Shown one piece after another: positions 40,450 to 56,119 of a DNA stretch of 64,000 bases. The stretch is from Octopus vulgaris (lineage: Eukaryota), in assembly GCA_951406725.2 (NCBI GenBank), contig OX597819.1:44950001-45014000 (forward strand). The letters are read 5' to 3'. How positions within the stretch are numbered: position 1 is the first letter of the stretch; the number at the start of each line of letters is the position of its first letter. Under the pieces are notes generated by a model. It did not search any database. It was not told the DNA's origin and was given only the letters and a program-made list of their open reading frames with translations. A program made the translations under genes and the position numbers.

Positions 40450-41700
40450 TGTGACAATTATTCGGTAGCCATAATACGACTCTGAGTTTTGGTTGTCAGG
40501 GCGGAAACCTGCTCCGGCATCTTGTCAGTTATCGAGGCAATCACGTATGCGCGCATGTACATACATACACATGCGCGCACGCACACTCATGTACGTGTGC
40601 CTATATGCAAATGCTCACTCACACTCGCATAGAACACATACATGCGCACCCACACATACGCCAATAGATGCACATATATATGCAACCATGCATGTACACG
40701 TATACATATGAAACACACGCGTACACACACACAAACATGCACATACACATATGCGCATATGCATATGTGTACATCGAGTATCTGTGTGCGTGTGTACGGG
40801 TATGTATATATGCACATGCATATGTACATTTTAATGGTTGTATATATATATACGTGTGTGCTTCACGCGAGTGTAAGCTTATGTGTGTGTTATATGTATA
40901 CGTATACAAGCATGGTTGCATATATATGTGCATCTATTTGCGAATGTGTGGGTGCGCATGTATGTGTTTCATGCGAGTGTGGGTGATCATATGCATATAG
41001 GCACATTTACGTATGTGTGCGTGCGCGCATGTGTATGCATGTACAAGCGCACATACACGATTGCTATGAGCATTTTTACTTCTTTACTTTTTACTTCCTC
41101 CCCTTCAATTTTTCCCTTATTTAACAGTCATTCTAAAATCACTTTTCTCTTAATAACGGTCAATCGTGCCTGTATGGGTATATTCACATATGTGTGCGTA
41201 ATTTCCCTTTGTGTAACGGTCATTTTTATAGCATACTAGCAGTATCGCCCGGCGTTGCTCAGATTTGTAAGGGAAATAACTATAAAGCATTTTTAGAGAG
41301 TTATAGCCAAAAAATAGCAAAAAATGGAAAAAAAATGATGGTAATTTTTTTTTGAGAGTTAAAAAAGGTCTGTGGTTTGTGTTTCTGATTCTCGACCCCA
41401 TGTCGAATTTATCGATTTTTTTCAGAACTGGGGGAACTTTTCAAAATTTTCGCTGCGTTAATTTTGAATTATGACATTGGGCTATGTGTGTGTCAAGTTT
41501 CATCAGAATCGGTTGAAAGCCGTGGTCAGGGTGAGGGTACAACCAAACAGACACACAGAAACACACACAGACAAACTGCCGTTTATATATAGAGAGAGAT
41601 TTTGATTGCTTCCATAACTGACGAGATGCCGGAACAGGTTTCCGCCCCGACATCCCAAACTCGGAATCTTATTATAGCAACCGAATAATTGACACATAAT
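40450..41700. repeat. Nested inverted-repeat PLE-type element interrupted by a Helitron
   Basis: Outer arms 40450-40543/41603-41698 carry a degenerate hammerhead; inner arms about 40540-40720/40880-41065. Confidence 0.75.
41236..41599 (-). mobile_element. Non-autonomous Helitron
   Basis: CTAG and hairpin at 41236; near-identical to 13032-13406. Confidence 0.88.
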
Positions 41701-41753
<53 letters not shown>

Positions 41754-41756
41754 TAC

Positions 41757-41789
<33 letters not shown>

Positions 41790-43086
41790 TTTTATATATA
41801 TACATACATATATATATGCATATATATATATAAATGTATGTATATATATATAAATGTGTCTGCGGGAGAGCACATAAGGGAGAGGACATAAGTGCAAAAC
41901 ATGGTGGAAAGAATAGTACTCAAATGTTACAGATAGAGTGATATGCTTTTATTAAAGCTGCAAAATTATCACAAGATTGTTACTCAGAATTTCGCGTTCC
42001 CATTCGTCGAACAGTGTTGATGAAAATATATACATATTTTTGTGTGTGACAAAGGGGAAAAAAGAGATTGAGACAAATGCTTTGTAATTATTTATTCGCC
42101 AATACACACGCTTCATTTGCTAATAGGTGTTACACAATTGTACATATAGGAGAAAAATGCAAGCTATCTCCTATAAGAAATCCATATGACTATCAAAAAA
42201 TTCTTGCGGCCAAAGCATTTCCAATAGGAAATATCTTCCATGTTTTTTCTACATGTGCAGTGTTCTACCTCCTTTTAGCAAATCAAACTTGGTAAATAAA
42301 TAATATTAGAAATTATTTCCAGTTTCCTCTTGTGATATCTAATTACTCTGCAAAAATATATTTTACAGTATTTTTCAACTCTTATGCATAATTCAAACAA
42401 GTATAACATCTACATACAATTTTGGAGTAGTGGAATAAGCAAATGTGGTTCAAGTGGACACAGCTTGGAATATAGCCCTATATATATATATATATATATA
42501 CGTTTATATTTATGTATATATATGCATATGTATGTATACTTATATGTGTGTGTGCGTGTGTGTAAATATTATATTACATTATATTAGATGTATATATTTA
42601 TATATATATAGGCACATATATGCATATTTATATATATATATATATCCACATACTCACACACAAACACAAACGCACTCACATACACAAGCACATACACAAA
42701 CCAATACAGAGAAATAGCTTCATAAAAAAAGCTGAGTTAACAACACGAAAACCAGAAAATACATTATTAAAACTAAAATGGATTGGTGTGTTATAGAATG
42801 TAATAAATACTTGATTAGAGTAAATCTACTCACTAATAAGTGATTCGAATTGCTTCTATACTTAACACATCGCAATGACTCTAAGTGGCGTCATATGTCT
42901 AACAATAAACACCCGTTAGAGACGATAATGTTAAGTTACACATTCATATACATACATATGTATATAATGCATATACAACGCTTCTACATATGTATAGAGA
43001 CACATATCAATGCTTACAAACAAATTTATAGACAAATCCATATGTACGCACTTGTATACTCGCATATAACTATGTGTATGTACCTC

Positions 43087-43087
<1 letters not shown>

Positions 43088-43173
<86 letters not shown>

Positions 43174-43174
43174 G

Positions 43175-43207
<33 letters not shown>

Positions 43208-43249
43208 ATATCTATCTATCTATCTATCTATCTATCCATCCATCCATCC

Positions 43250-43300
<51 letters not shown>

Positions 43301-43390
43301 CATCTATCTTTCTATTTGTCTATCTATCTTTCTATTTGTCTATCTATCTATCTATCTATCTATCTTTTTATTTATCGATCTATCTATCTA
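43088..43390. repeat. (CTAT)n tetranucleotide microsatellite
   Basis: Seen directly; similar arrays at 20800-20915 and 23295-23400. Confidence 0.95.
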
Positions 43391-43462
43391 CGCTATCAAT
43401 AATATATATATATTTCAACACACGACTTCACATAAAAAATCTTGCACAACAAATATTTAAAC

Positions 43463-43497
<35 letters not shown>

Positions 43498-43807
43498 AAA
43501 TTATATATATATATAATATATATGTGTGTGTACGTGTGTGTGTGTGCGTGTGTGTGTATGTGTGTGCGTGTGTGTGTGTGTGTGTGTGTGCGTGTGTGTG
43601 TATGTGTGTGTGTGTGTGTGTGTGTGTACTTATGTATAGGATATATAGCATAATATAAATTATATATTATGTATTGGCCAAGTGGTAAAAGGTTTGATTT
43701 TTAACCACTTGGTTCCGTGTTCAGTCCCACAGATTGGTACCTCGGATGAGTGACTTTTAGTGTAGCCTTAGGCCAACCAAAATGATAATATTGGTGCATG
43801 AAAAAAG

Positions 43808-44010
43808 ACGGAGAGCTGGCAGAACCGTTGGCACGCCGGGCAAATTGCTTGGCGGCATTTCGTCCGTGTTTACTTTCTGAGTTCAAATGCCGCCGGTGTC
43901 GTCTTCCATCCTTTCGGAAGACGATAAAATAAGTATCTGTAGAGTACTGCGGTCAATTCGATCGAATTTCCCCCTTCCCTGAAATTACTGGTCTTGTGCG
44001 AAAATTTTAA
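43808..44010 (+). mobile_element. SINE family A
   Basis: gagctggcagaaccgttggcacgccgggcaaa..gagttcaaatgccgcc..ccatcctttcgg. Confidence 0.8.
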
Positions 44011-45179
44011 AGCAAAATATTTGTGTTTTGAAATATATTTCTCTGTTGGAAATATATTCTGCAAAAAAAAAAACAAAACAAAAAAAACCCCCACTTAATG
44101 ATGCTGAGCAGAAAAACACTGTCTCATTCAATCAGAATTCACAGCGTTAGACATGATATTCGCAGTCGTTAGAAGAAACTCGGTAAGTCTACTTTGGCAA
44201 GCCGCCATTACGACTGAGATCCAATACCAATTGCCTTATCCTTATTTATATTGGTTTTCTCATTTTACTAATGTTGGTGTTGTTACTGCTGCTGCTGCTA
44301 ATGCTTGTAGTTCTTGTAGTCATGGCGTTGTCGTTCATAGCTATGTTATTTCCCACATGTCTTTTGTGCCATAGAATTGCTGACGTTTTAAAAATAATAC
44401 TTATATATTTCTTATTTTCTTATTTTATCCATTAAGTGCTACCCACTGCAAAAGAAAAAAAAAAATCATAGGAAAATGTCGCTTTTTCCTTTTGTCAAGC
44501 ATATTTTCAATATAGACGACAAGCGTAGAGTTACATCCTCCACGGGTCCCATGACTGCATACAACTGCTTTTCCCCCTTCATCTGTCAAGCTTCATGATT
44601 TGTTTAAATAAGAATATAATGTCCATTGGCCGCAGGGGACGAGAAAATAACCGTGCCTCATTTAATCAGGGTGACAAAGACGGTTCTCCATCGACAATTT
44701 TCCACGAATGGCCCTACTTTAAAAATACAAATTCCGACTTCCTTTGAAAAAATTTCTGAAAAAGAATGTAAATTTCGGAAACATCGATATTTATGACTAC
44801 ATTAGACGCAGCAGCAGCAGCAGCAACGATAGGAATAATAATAATAATCCTTTCTACTAAAGGCACAAGGCCTGAAATTTTGTGGGTAGTGGGACCAGTC
44901 TTTTACATCGATACTTAATTTATCGATCCTGAAAGGATAAAAAGGCAAAGAAAATCTCGTCGCCTTTTGACTTCGGAACGTAAAGACTGGCAAAATACCA
45001 TACAGAGAGTGAGAGAGAGAGAGAAAGAGAGAGAGAGAGAAAGAGTGGGAGAGAGAGAGAGAGAAACACACACACGCACAAAGATAGATAGATTGATCGA
45101 TAAATAGATAGATTAATAGATAGAAAGATTGCTCTCTCTCTCTTTATATATATATATAACATACTCTAACATACCCCCC

Positions 45180-46830
<1,651 letters not shown>

Positions 46831-47332
46831 TGTATATACACACACACAGACACACACACTCACCCCACCCTGACCCATAAAGCATTGATGCTTGAAGGAG
46901 AGACAAAAAGGATAAATTCTTTTCAGTTCCACATTACTCCTCCTTTCCCCCACCCAAACACACCTACTGTGTCCCTTGAAATAGATAATATTCTTTTACG
47001 TTAACATGGTGGACAGGTCAGTTTTAGCTTCTCTGCTATTATAATGTAAACCTTTTTGAAGTCATAATATTCTGTGCGAGTATACCAATATTCTACTGAA
47101 CTTTTTAATAATTCCTTCTGGAAATTATCTTGAGAATGTATAATAATTTGTTGTAATCTTTTGTGCCCAATATTTCAATGAGCTTGTTAAACTTTTTTAT
47201 GTTCTCAACATGCTCTTGTCACCAAAGAATGTATATATATATATGTATTGTAGTACCCTGTGTCAACCAATATTCTGTGCGTGTTTGAATATACAGATAC
47301 AATACCAATACCAATATCCCACAATACCAATA

Positions 47333-47394
<62 letters not shown>

Positions 47395-47822
47395 CATACA
47401 TATATAAATATAGGGACGGTATTATTAAAATACCATCACAAGTGGTAAGTGAATTATTAGCCGTACAGGCAAATTAATAAAATATATACATGCAATATTA
47501 GATATGTACATACATACTTAAGGGTACTACATGAGTACCTATATAGCCAATGATAGAAGTCGAAAAATACTTCTGTACCACCGAATAGTCACAAATCCAT
47601 TACAGACAAGATAGGAAAAAATATCACTGAACAAATACATACATATATGTATACATATATATATATATGTGTATGTATGTATGTATATATATATATGTGC
47701 CTGTAAGTGTATATATATAAAAGTATATATAGAGATATGTTGCGGTAAATAGGTGAAATAGAACTCAAAATATGAGCATATATGTATATATATATTTATT
47801 AATATTTTGCAGACGCAACAAC

Positions 47823-47868
47823 GTGACTCAAATTCCGAGAGTTTCGTGCGTTGGCACTTATCAAACTA
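47823..47868 (-). ncRNA. Hammerhead-like motif with U3-A8 core
   Basis: Minus strand TAGT-TTGATAA-GTGC(CAAC)GCAC-GAAA-CTC..GAG-TC-AC; an inverted partial copy at 47891-47926 ends GTC-ACTA. Confidence 0.5.
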
Positions 47869-47987
47869 GTTACAGATAGTTTGAAAAAATGGCAATGCAC
47901 GAAACTTTCAGACCATAAGTCACTATTTTACTCCTGTTAATTAGTAATAGAAATATAAATGTATTTGGATGTATATATATATGTATA

Positions 47988-48042
<55 letters not shown>

Positions 48043-48048
48043 ATATAT

Positions 48049-48170
48049 ATTTCAACGTATCTTTTGTCTGGCACATTTGACAAACTGAGGCCTGCGCACA
48101 CTTCTTTTTCGGCCACCTCCCCGTTGATCAGTGGGAGAACCAGACTCTTGAAATTTCTTGACTATTTATC
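48049..48170 (-). mobile_element. Fragment of the same maT element as 49108-50266
   Basis: Reverse complement of about 49351-49471. Confidence 0.85.
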
Positions 48171-48238
48171 AAACTGTCGCCGTGATAGATCATTAGCTAC
48201 TACACACATTTTTTCTCTCCTTGTTTATTTCTGTGTCC

Positions 48239-48274
48239 CTTTCTGTAGAAGAGCATACGCTCGAAACGTAAAAG
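48239..48274 (+). ncRNA. Minimal hammerhead motif with U6 core, in a Neptune pLTR (48183-48365)
   Basis: CTTT-CTGTAGA-A-GAGC(ATAC)GCTC-GAAA-CG-TA-AAAG. Confidence 0.6.
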
Positions 48275-48459
48275 ACTTTTTCTATTCCTGAGCGTTATAC
48301 TAATACATCTGTTTGTTTTGTAAATCACCTGTCGTCGTCTTTTGTTTATTTCGTAAACTCTCCCTATATATACACACATGTATATAAATATATATATTAT
48401 AAATATATATACATACATATACATGCATACACACACACGCACACACACACACATATATA

Positions 48460-48720
48460 TGATGATTGCTTCATCTTGAGAGATGATAGCCTTCCCGTCA
48501 ACACACACACCATACCCAATTACATAGTAAATCACTCCATTGATGAGCCCTTAGATGACTTTTAAGACCAGTTACTGACTGGCAGGGTTTAAGACACAAG
48601 TGACAGATATTTAAGTTTCTTTTATATCTTTGCCCTTTGGAATCTGATTCTGGAGAAAGGTTTTTGTGAACTAGCATATGTCTTTTAAGTCTAGATATTG
48701 TCTTACTAGTCTTTTTTTAC
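48460..48720 (-). mobile_element. RTE-like LINE 3' end with two C2H2-type fingers
   Basis: KKTSKTISRLKRHMLVH..ICHLCLKPCQSVTGLKSHLRAH followed by a short 3' UTR. Confidence 0.65.
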
Positions 48721-48725
48721 CTATA

Positions 48726-48965
48726 TATTGTGAAATACCTTCAAATATAGACCACCACAGCATGTAGAAAATCAACAACACGGTTTCAAAGCACTATAAC
48801 TCACTTACTGATAATGAAAGAGACTACATCACCAATTGCGAGACAAAACTCAGAAACGTCTACGGCTTACCGAAAATCCATAAGTCAAAAGATATTCAGC
48901 ATGCAGTAAAAGAACAAGAAAGTGAGTACATAAAATTATCACATGCAAATGACTTAAAATTGCGT
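48726..48965 (+). mobile_element. Penelope-like element RT N-terminal fragment
   Basis: LTDNERDYITNCETKLRNVYGLPKIHKSK..NDLKLR; YGLPKIHK is the PLE RT motif. Confidence 0.85.
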
Positions 48966-49107
48966 TTTGGCAAAAGAGATCGATAAAATAAGTACTACCC
49001 TTACAAAGAATATGACCTAGAGTATATATTTTTTTACTAAAATCCTCCAGCATGGCCGTAGTCAAATGACTGAAACAAATAAAACAATAATAGAATAAAA
49101 GAATATA

Positions 49108-50266
49108 CAGGGTGTCCCGAAATTATAGCAACCGAAGTTTAGGCTTTAATAACTATCAATAAATATAAGATATGAAAGTTATACATCATTATAAAAGGCT
49201 AGTGTTTCTTTTTGCTTCAGACTAAATAAATTCGGATTTATAAATTAGATAATGGCTATATACCGAAATACAATTATAACCCTCCACAAAGGAGGCGAAA
49301 GTAATACAGCTATAGTAAATAATGCTTAAAATTAAATGAACAACAGTTTCATAAATAGTCAAGAAATTTCAAGAGACTGGTCCTCCCACTGATCAACGAG
49401 GATGTGGCCGAAAAAGAAGTGTGCGGACGCCTCAGCTTATCAAATGTGCCAGACAAAAGATACGTTGAAATCCTTGTCGTTCCCTCAGGAAACTGGCTAC
49501 TAAGCCAAAAATGAGCTGAACATTGATGTAGCGAGTACTGATGGAGGATTTCAGAACCCACCCCTACAAGAGGATCTCTCATCATGAACTCACAGCTCAC
49601 GCAAGTTTATAAGGCCATGTGATTAGAGAGAAGTATTCTAATCCTGCGTCGGATTTCTGAAGGTACGCTGCCCATCCTGGTGTTCACTGATGAAAAGAAA
49701 TTTGACATCGAACAAGCAGCAAACCACCAAAATGACCGACTTTGGAGTGTATCTGGCTCTGTCGAGGATAGATTCGTAAATCGACGTCAAAATCTACAAT
49801 CAGTTATGGTTTGGGCAGCTGTGACCGCCAATGGAAGGTTTTCCCTCGTTTTTGCTTCCAAGGGTGTTAAAACTAACAGCTAACGATACATTCGATTCTG
49901 GAAGCTGAACTGCTTCGATAAGTGAATGAGCACTTTCAAAGTGCACCCTGGTGCCTCCAACAGGAAACGGCAAAATTACACAGCTCCAGACATTCACAAC
50001 GCTGGATCCAGAAAATCACTCTGTCGTCCATAGGCAAGGATGTATGGCTCTCAAGAATCCTCGATCTGAAACCGCTGGATTTTTCTGTTTCATCCATTTT
50101 GAACACGAGGGTCTCGAGCACTCTTCATACTTCGCTCAACGCTCTAAAAGTACAACTGCGCCAGGCTTGGGCTTCGATTCCACAAGAACAACTGCGTGCC
50201 ACATGTGAAGCATTCGCACTTAGACTTAAGGCTATGGTTCCAAACAGATGTGGTCATATTGAATAA
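49108..50266 (+). mobile_element. Degenerate maT (DD37D) Tc1/mariner transposon
   Basis: TA|CAGGGTGTCCC terminus; FTDEKKF, NDRLW, VMVWAAVT; 37 residues between QQ(E) and PLD. Confidence 0.9.
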
Positions 50267-50895
50267 ATGTGGTTGTGTGCTTGTGCTCGTATGCATGTAT
50301 CTATGTGCATACACGCACACGCACATTCACAGATTCACAAATACACTACTCCACACTTGACTTACGTCTAGCGACTTTTAATACCGAGCATTATATGTAC
50401 TGGGATATGGGGTACTGAGGGTGTAGGCAGTCAGCTTCGCAATGTACCCTGAACAAACACAGGTGTGACTCTTAAAACGATTGTGGTTTGGTTGCGTGTA
50501 TCTATTATTTTTTTTTCTGATACATGAATTTATATTCCTTTATCTTCATGAATATACTGTATTGATTTGCTTACACGTATGAAATACAAATATTGTTAAA
50601 TAAGTCCCACGCTATTGTATAACGGTCTATTCTTATCCATTGTTTGCTTACATCATTTTGTTCAAATCTTTCTTTTGCATCACGGTGTTTTAAGTACGAA
50701 AACTTAGTTTCCTTTTCATCATTCCGTGGTCGATAAACTAAAATAAAAGCGAATAAATGATGTCGATGTAATGGACTACATCTCTCTCTCCACCAAATTT
50801 TCAGGCCTTGTGCACTGTTGTAGAAAAGATGATGATGATGATGATGATCATCATCATCATCATCATTATTATTATTACTATTATAATTACTATTA

Positions 50896-50959
<64 letters not shown>

Positions 50960-50977
50960 TATTATTATTATTATTAA

Positions 50978-51165
50978 GGCGGTGAGCTAGCAAAATGGTT
51001 AGCGCGTGGGGAAAACTGCTTAACGCCATTTTGTCCATTTTTAAGTTCTGAGTTCAAATTCTGCCGAGTTCGACTTTGCCATTACCAGTGGAGTAAAGGG
51101 GGTCGATGTAACCGACTACCTACTCTTCCAAAATATCAGGACCTGGTGCATATTGTAAAACAGAT
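50978..51165 (+). mobile_element. SINE family A following an (ATT)n array
   Basis: attattattaaggcggtgagctagc..gagttcaaattctgccgag. Confidence 0.8.
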
Positions 51166-51496
51166 CATCATCATCATCAGCATCATCATCATCATTATCA
51201 TCATAATCATCATCGTCGTCGTCGTCATCGTTATTAAGGCAACGAGCTGACACAATCGTTAAGAACATGGGAGAAAATTTTTTTCGACTCATTAAGAGTT
51301 TAAATTACGCTGAGATTAATTTTGCTTTTTATTCCTCCTGAGTCGGTAAGATGCAGTCCCAGTCAAGTATTAACCCGTATCTCAAAATTAATAGTAGATG
51401 GAGTATAAGGAAGATGATGAGTGTTCTCTGTGTGTATGAAATGTGCTTTAATAGATATTGAATTTGTGTACATCATAAAAAAAACCCAAAAAAAAA

Positions 51497-51797
51497 CCAA
51501 AAGCCTTGTGGGTGGATTTGGTAGAAACTGAAAGAAGTCCGTCGTATATATTTGTATATATATATATATGTATGTATGTGTATGTGTATGTGTGTGTGTG
51601 TGTATGGGTGTCTGTGTCTGTGTCTGTGTTTGACAAACGATGCTGGTGTGTTTACGTCCCCATAACTTAGCTGTTCGGCAAGAGAGGCCGATAGAATAAA
51701 TACTAGGCTTACAAAGAATAAGTCCTGGGATCGATTTGCTCCACTAAAGGCGGTGCTCCAGCATGGCCGCAGTCAAATGACTCAAACAAATGAAAGA
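51497..51797 (+). mobile_element. SINE family B (5'-truncated, internal TA/TG microsatellite)
   Basis: Joins the 5' half (ccaaagccttgtgggtggatttggtaga) to the 3' half seen elsewhere. Confidence 0.85.
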
Positions 51798-53118
51798 AAA
51801 AAAGATCAATGACTGTTATGTCACAATATTTCGGGAAAAGAATGCTCATCGTCAAGTTTACTATACATGCTTACCTCGTCTACAGTAAATTAAATCTCAC
51901 TCAGGGTACATAAAGTTGCTTCCATATCCTATAGTTTGACACACACACATGTACAAACACACATGTGTAGATGTACTGAACACCTACATACCTCACACAT
52001 GCACATGCACGGACACTGGCACACACATCTATACACACATAGTTATTAAAGAACCAGTATTCACATGTACACATGCGCACAAAAGCATATAAAAACATGG
52101 TAATAACTAAATTGAAACACAAACACATGTACAAATGGATGGGCATATATACACACAAGCGCAATGAAAGATACATTTTTTAATAATAAGCTTATTCATT
52201 ACACAGAAACACACATACACGAACGACAATAGCTATATTTCGCATCAACTGAACCTTCATCACCTAAACATACACACATACACGCATGCACGCACGCACA
52301 CACACACACACACACACACACAAACGCACACATACACGCATGCACGCACGCACACACACACACACACACACAAACGCACACACACACACACATATACATG
52401 CAGACACACATCCACATAAACACACATTCACACATACACAGTGAATAATACTCTTTCATACAAACACTCGAACTCCCACTTACACGCGCACACAGCACGC
52501 GCGCGCACTCACAGAGAAATGCATTTCACACACACACACACACATTCACAGGCACACATACACATACACACACACACAGATACATGCACACACACACACA
52601 TAAAAATACGCTCATACATACAGAGAGACTAATACTCATTGATACAAACATTCACAATCCCACATGCATATACTTACACTCAGAAAAAGTGTTAGGCGTT
52701 CATGTACAGTGGTATGCATTCTTGGTTCATACAATTCGACTTACTCATACACGCACACACACACACACACACGCACACACACACACGCATATATATATAT
52801 ATATATATACGCATATACGTACGCACATGCTCTTATGTCTACCTACCAAAAAAACTCATACCTCAATATCATTAAAAATAAATTATAATACAAATATGCA
52901 AAAAAAAGTATAATTTAAAGTATAAATAAAAATTAAGAAAGAAACGGTATTTCTCAAATTAAATATAATTTAAAACAAACAATAAATAAATTGTAAAGAA
53001 AAATGTAAACAATCAAAGAGAAACAAATTAAAAATGCAGAAAGTATTTCAAAAAATTTGTGAAGAAATATTTTTTGTATACGTTTTTTGTTTTAATGTTA
53101 ACTATACTTTTTATTTGT

Positions 53119-53177
<59 letters not shown>

Positions 53178-53198
53178 GTATATCTCCATACATAGTCT

Positions 53199-53253
<55 letters not shown>

Positions 53254-53550
53254 TTATATATTTGTTCATCTTCTTTTTTTACTTAATTTCATCATTTAAT
53301 TAATTAGATCCTAAGTTGGAAAGTCATCTGTTTTTCGTGGGGAATTAACGAATGCTTCGCACTCTCACGAGACTGATTACTTCTAATTGAGCCTTTCCAA
53401 AATTTCCTTCTAATTAGACTGGCAGAGAGCAAGGTTAAATCAAAACACATTTGCTACTGCTGAAACCTGAATATGAAGTGATAAAAGAAGGAAAAAAAAA
53501 TTATAAGAAACGCAAAATATTTCACGAAATATTCCTCATCCTCCCCTCTC

Positions 53551-53584
<34 letters not shown>

Positions 53585-53981
53585 ATTCCCTTACTCTCAT
53601 TCTCAAATTGCACTCATTCTTTCTCTCTTTCTGTTTCACCACCTTTATACGATTAGTTGTTTATTATGTTTTTTCTGCATACTCACAAGCATGCGCAGGT
53701 CCCTACACATATACACAAACTCATAAACTCACACCCATTCTCTCACACACATATACGATATATATATATATACATGTGTGTGTGTGTGTGTCAACACAGT
53801 CACACAAAAACTCAAATATGATTTGATTAAAAAAACAAGGTACATGTCTGTAATAGTAATATTACTGGTATTGGTAATTAGAATGAAGATGCTGATGAAG
53901 ATGATGATGATGATGATGATGATGAAAATGATGATCAAGATCTATATGAAAATTATAGTACTGAAGAGACTACTAATGAGG

Positions 53982-54042
<61 letters not shown>

Positions 54043-54048
54043 ACTACA

Positions 54049-54100
<52 letters not shown>

Positions 54101-54113
54101 ATACTACTACTAC

Positions 54114-54207
<94 letters not shown>

Positions 54208-54803
54208 ATTAGAAATATATGCGCTCGTAAGTAAAAAAAAATAATTAAAGAATAATTATTTTATTAATTTACTCCCCAACTCACTTCTTTTTCGCCTCAC
54301 CCCTTTTTCGGTCTTTATTTTGCCATGCTGCGGAAAGTCTTCAAAAGATATATTCATTTTACAAGAACTTCAAATTTTTGTCTGGTACACAGTGAAAGAC
54401 GTAGCACAATGTCGGAGCAGGCGAAAGGAGACGAAACTTGGGCAGAACTAATTAACACAGAATGCCTTTGTTCTACAAATTAACATGGTCATTTCATACC
54501 GATATATATATATATATATATATATATTACACGCATGCACACACACACACAAATATATAATACAACTACAGCATGGAAGACACACATTAAGCTATTCAAA
54601 AACACACAAAGGTTGTTAACGGCGTGTAACCATTTAGTATTTGGTGTCAACATCACAGTTGCACCAACTACGATTTAGTTTCTGCCGAGATTCAACTGCA
54701 TCTAATTTGTGGGGACGTTATTTTGTAGAATGCATAGTTTTCAGGTTTAGAAAATTAAACACGCGCTTTTAGTTAAGTCACTTGCGTGAGAACTGAAACT
54801 ACA

Positions 54804-54845
<42 letters not shown>

Positions 54846-55039
54846 GTCATGATAGATCGTTAGCCACTATACACAATTTTTTCTTTCCTTGTTCCTCTCC
54901 TTGTTTTTTCTGTGTACTTTCTGTAGAAGAGCGTAAAGACTTTTTCTATTCCTGAGCGTTATACTAATACATCTGTTTGTTTTGTACACCACCTGTCTTC
55001 GTCTTTTGTTTTTTTCGTAAACTCTCCCTATATATATAT

Positions 55040-55334
55040 CACCGTGATCACCGTGACCGACCAGACTATCAGATGTTGCTAAACATCGCTGGTCACAATG
55101 CGCTTCGCATTGTTTTAGCCTTCAAATAACGCCACCCCGCTGGCTAAGCGAGCAGGCCAACAGAAGAAAGAGTGAGAGAAAGTTGTGGCGAAAGAGTACG
55201 GCAGGGTTCGCCACCACCCCCTGTCGGAGCCTCGTGGAGCTTTAGGTGTTTTCGCTCAATAAACACTCACAACGCCCGGTCTGGGAATCGAAACCGCGAT
55301 CCTACAACCGCGAATCCGCTACCCTAACCACTGG

Positions 55335-55338
<4 letters not shown>
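55040..55338 (-). mobile_element. SINE family C, near full length
   Basis: Minus strand tggcccagtggttagggtagcgga..ggtttcgattccc head; tail repeats gtcacggtgat. Confidence 0.88.
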
Positions 55339-55372
<34 letters not shown>

Positions 55373-55373
55373 C

Positions 55374-55459
<86 letters not shown>

Positions 55460-56119
55460 ATAAAGAGAGAGAGGGGGGACAACAAACGTTCAGGCTAGGC
55501 AAACATCTCAAGTCATATGCATTGTTACTGGGAAAAAAATTCAAACTGTTAAGGCTGTTTCTGGGAAATCCCAGTGTATGGGATATTCCGTCATCGGAAA
55601 CAAATTGGGAAAATGAGAATGGTATAGATTACTTAAATGACGACATAGCGGAAACTGGGTAAAGGAATAAGGGGATGAATAAAGAGAAGAAAAAACATGC
55701 CTCAAAGTTCACAGTTCAACTTCCCGAACGTGTAGAAGTAAGTCTGTAAGTCCTTAGGTGCAATCCCACGAAAATGCATGTAGGTTAATATCCTGATAAT
55801 GTAAGTATCCAGAAATAAACGCGAACATAGTAGCGGAGGTAGCTATTAAGTGGTAAAAAAAAAGAAAAAGAAATAAATAGAAAGAGAGGTAGAGAAAGTG
55901 AGGGAGGAAGTTAAGGATAGGAGTGAAAGACAAAAGTAAGGTTTATAAAAATATAGTGTCTACGAAAATAGTTTCCAAAAATAGCCAAGAAAATAAACAA
56001 ATAAATATATAAGAGTAAATTAGGGGAGAGGAGGAGGAGGAGGAAGAGGAGGTAAAGGAAGATAACGTAAAAAAATATCAAAAGAATATTCAATACAAAT
56101 TGTTTGTGTGTGCATATTA

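Noticed and set aside
46960-47260. Possible PLE RT thumb remnant on the minus strand (SLVTRA, NFPEGIIKK-like)
   Set aside because: It needs several frameshifts and is too degenerate to call by eye.
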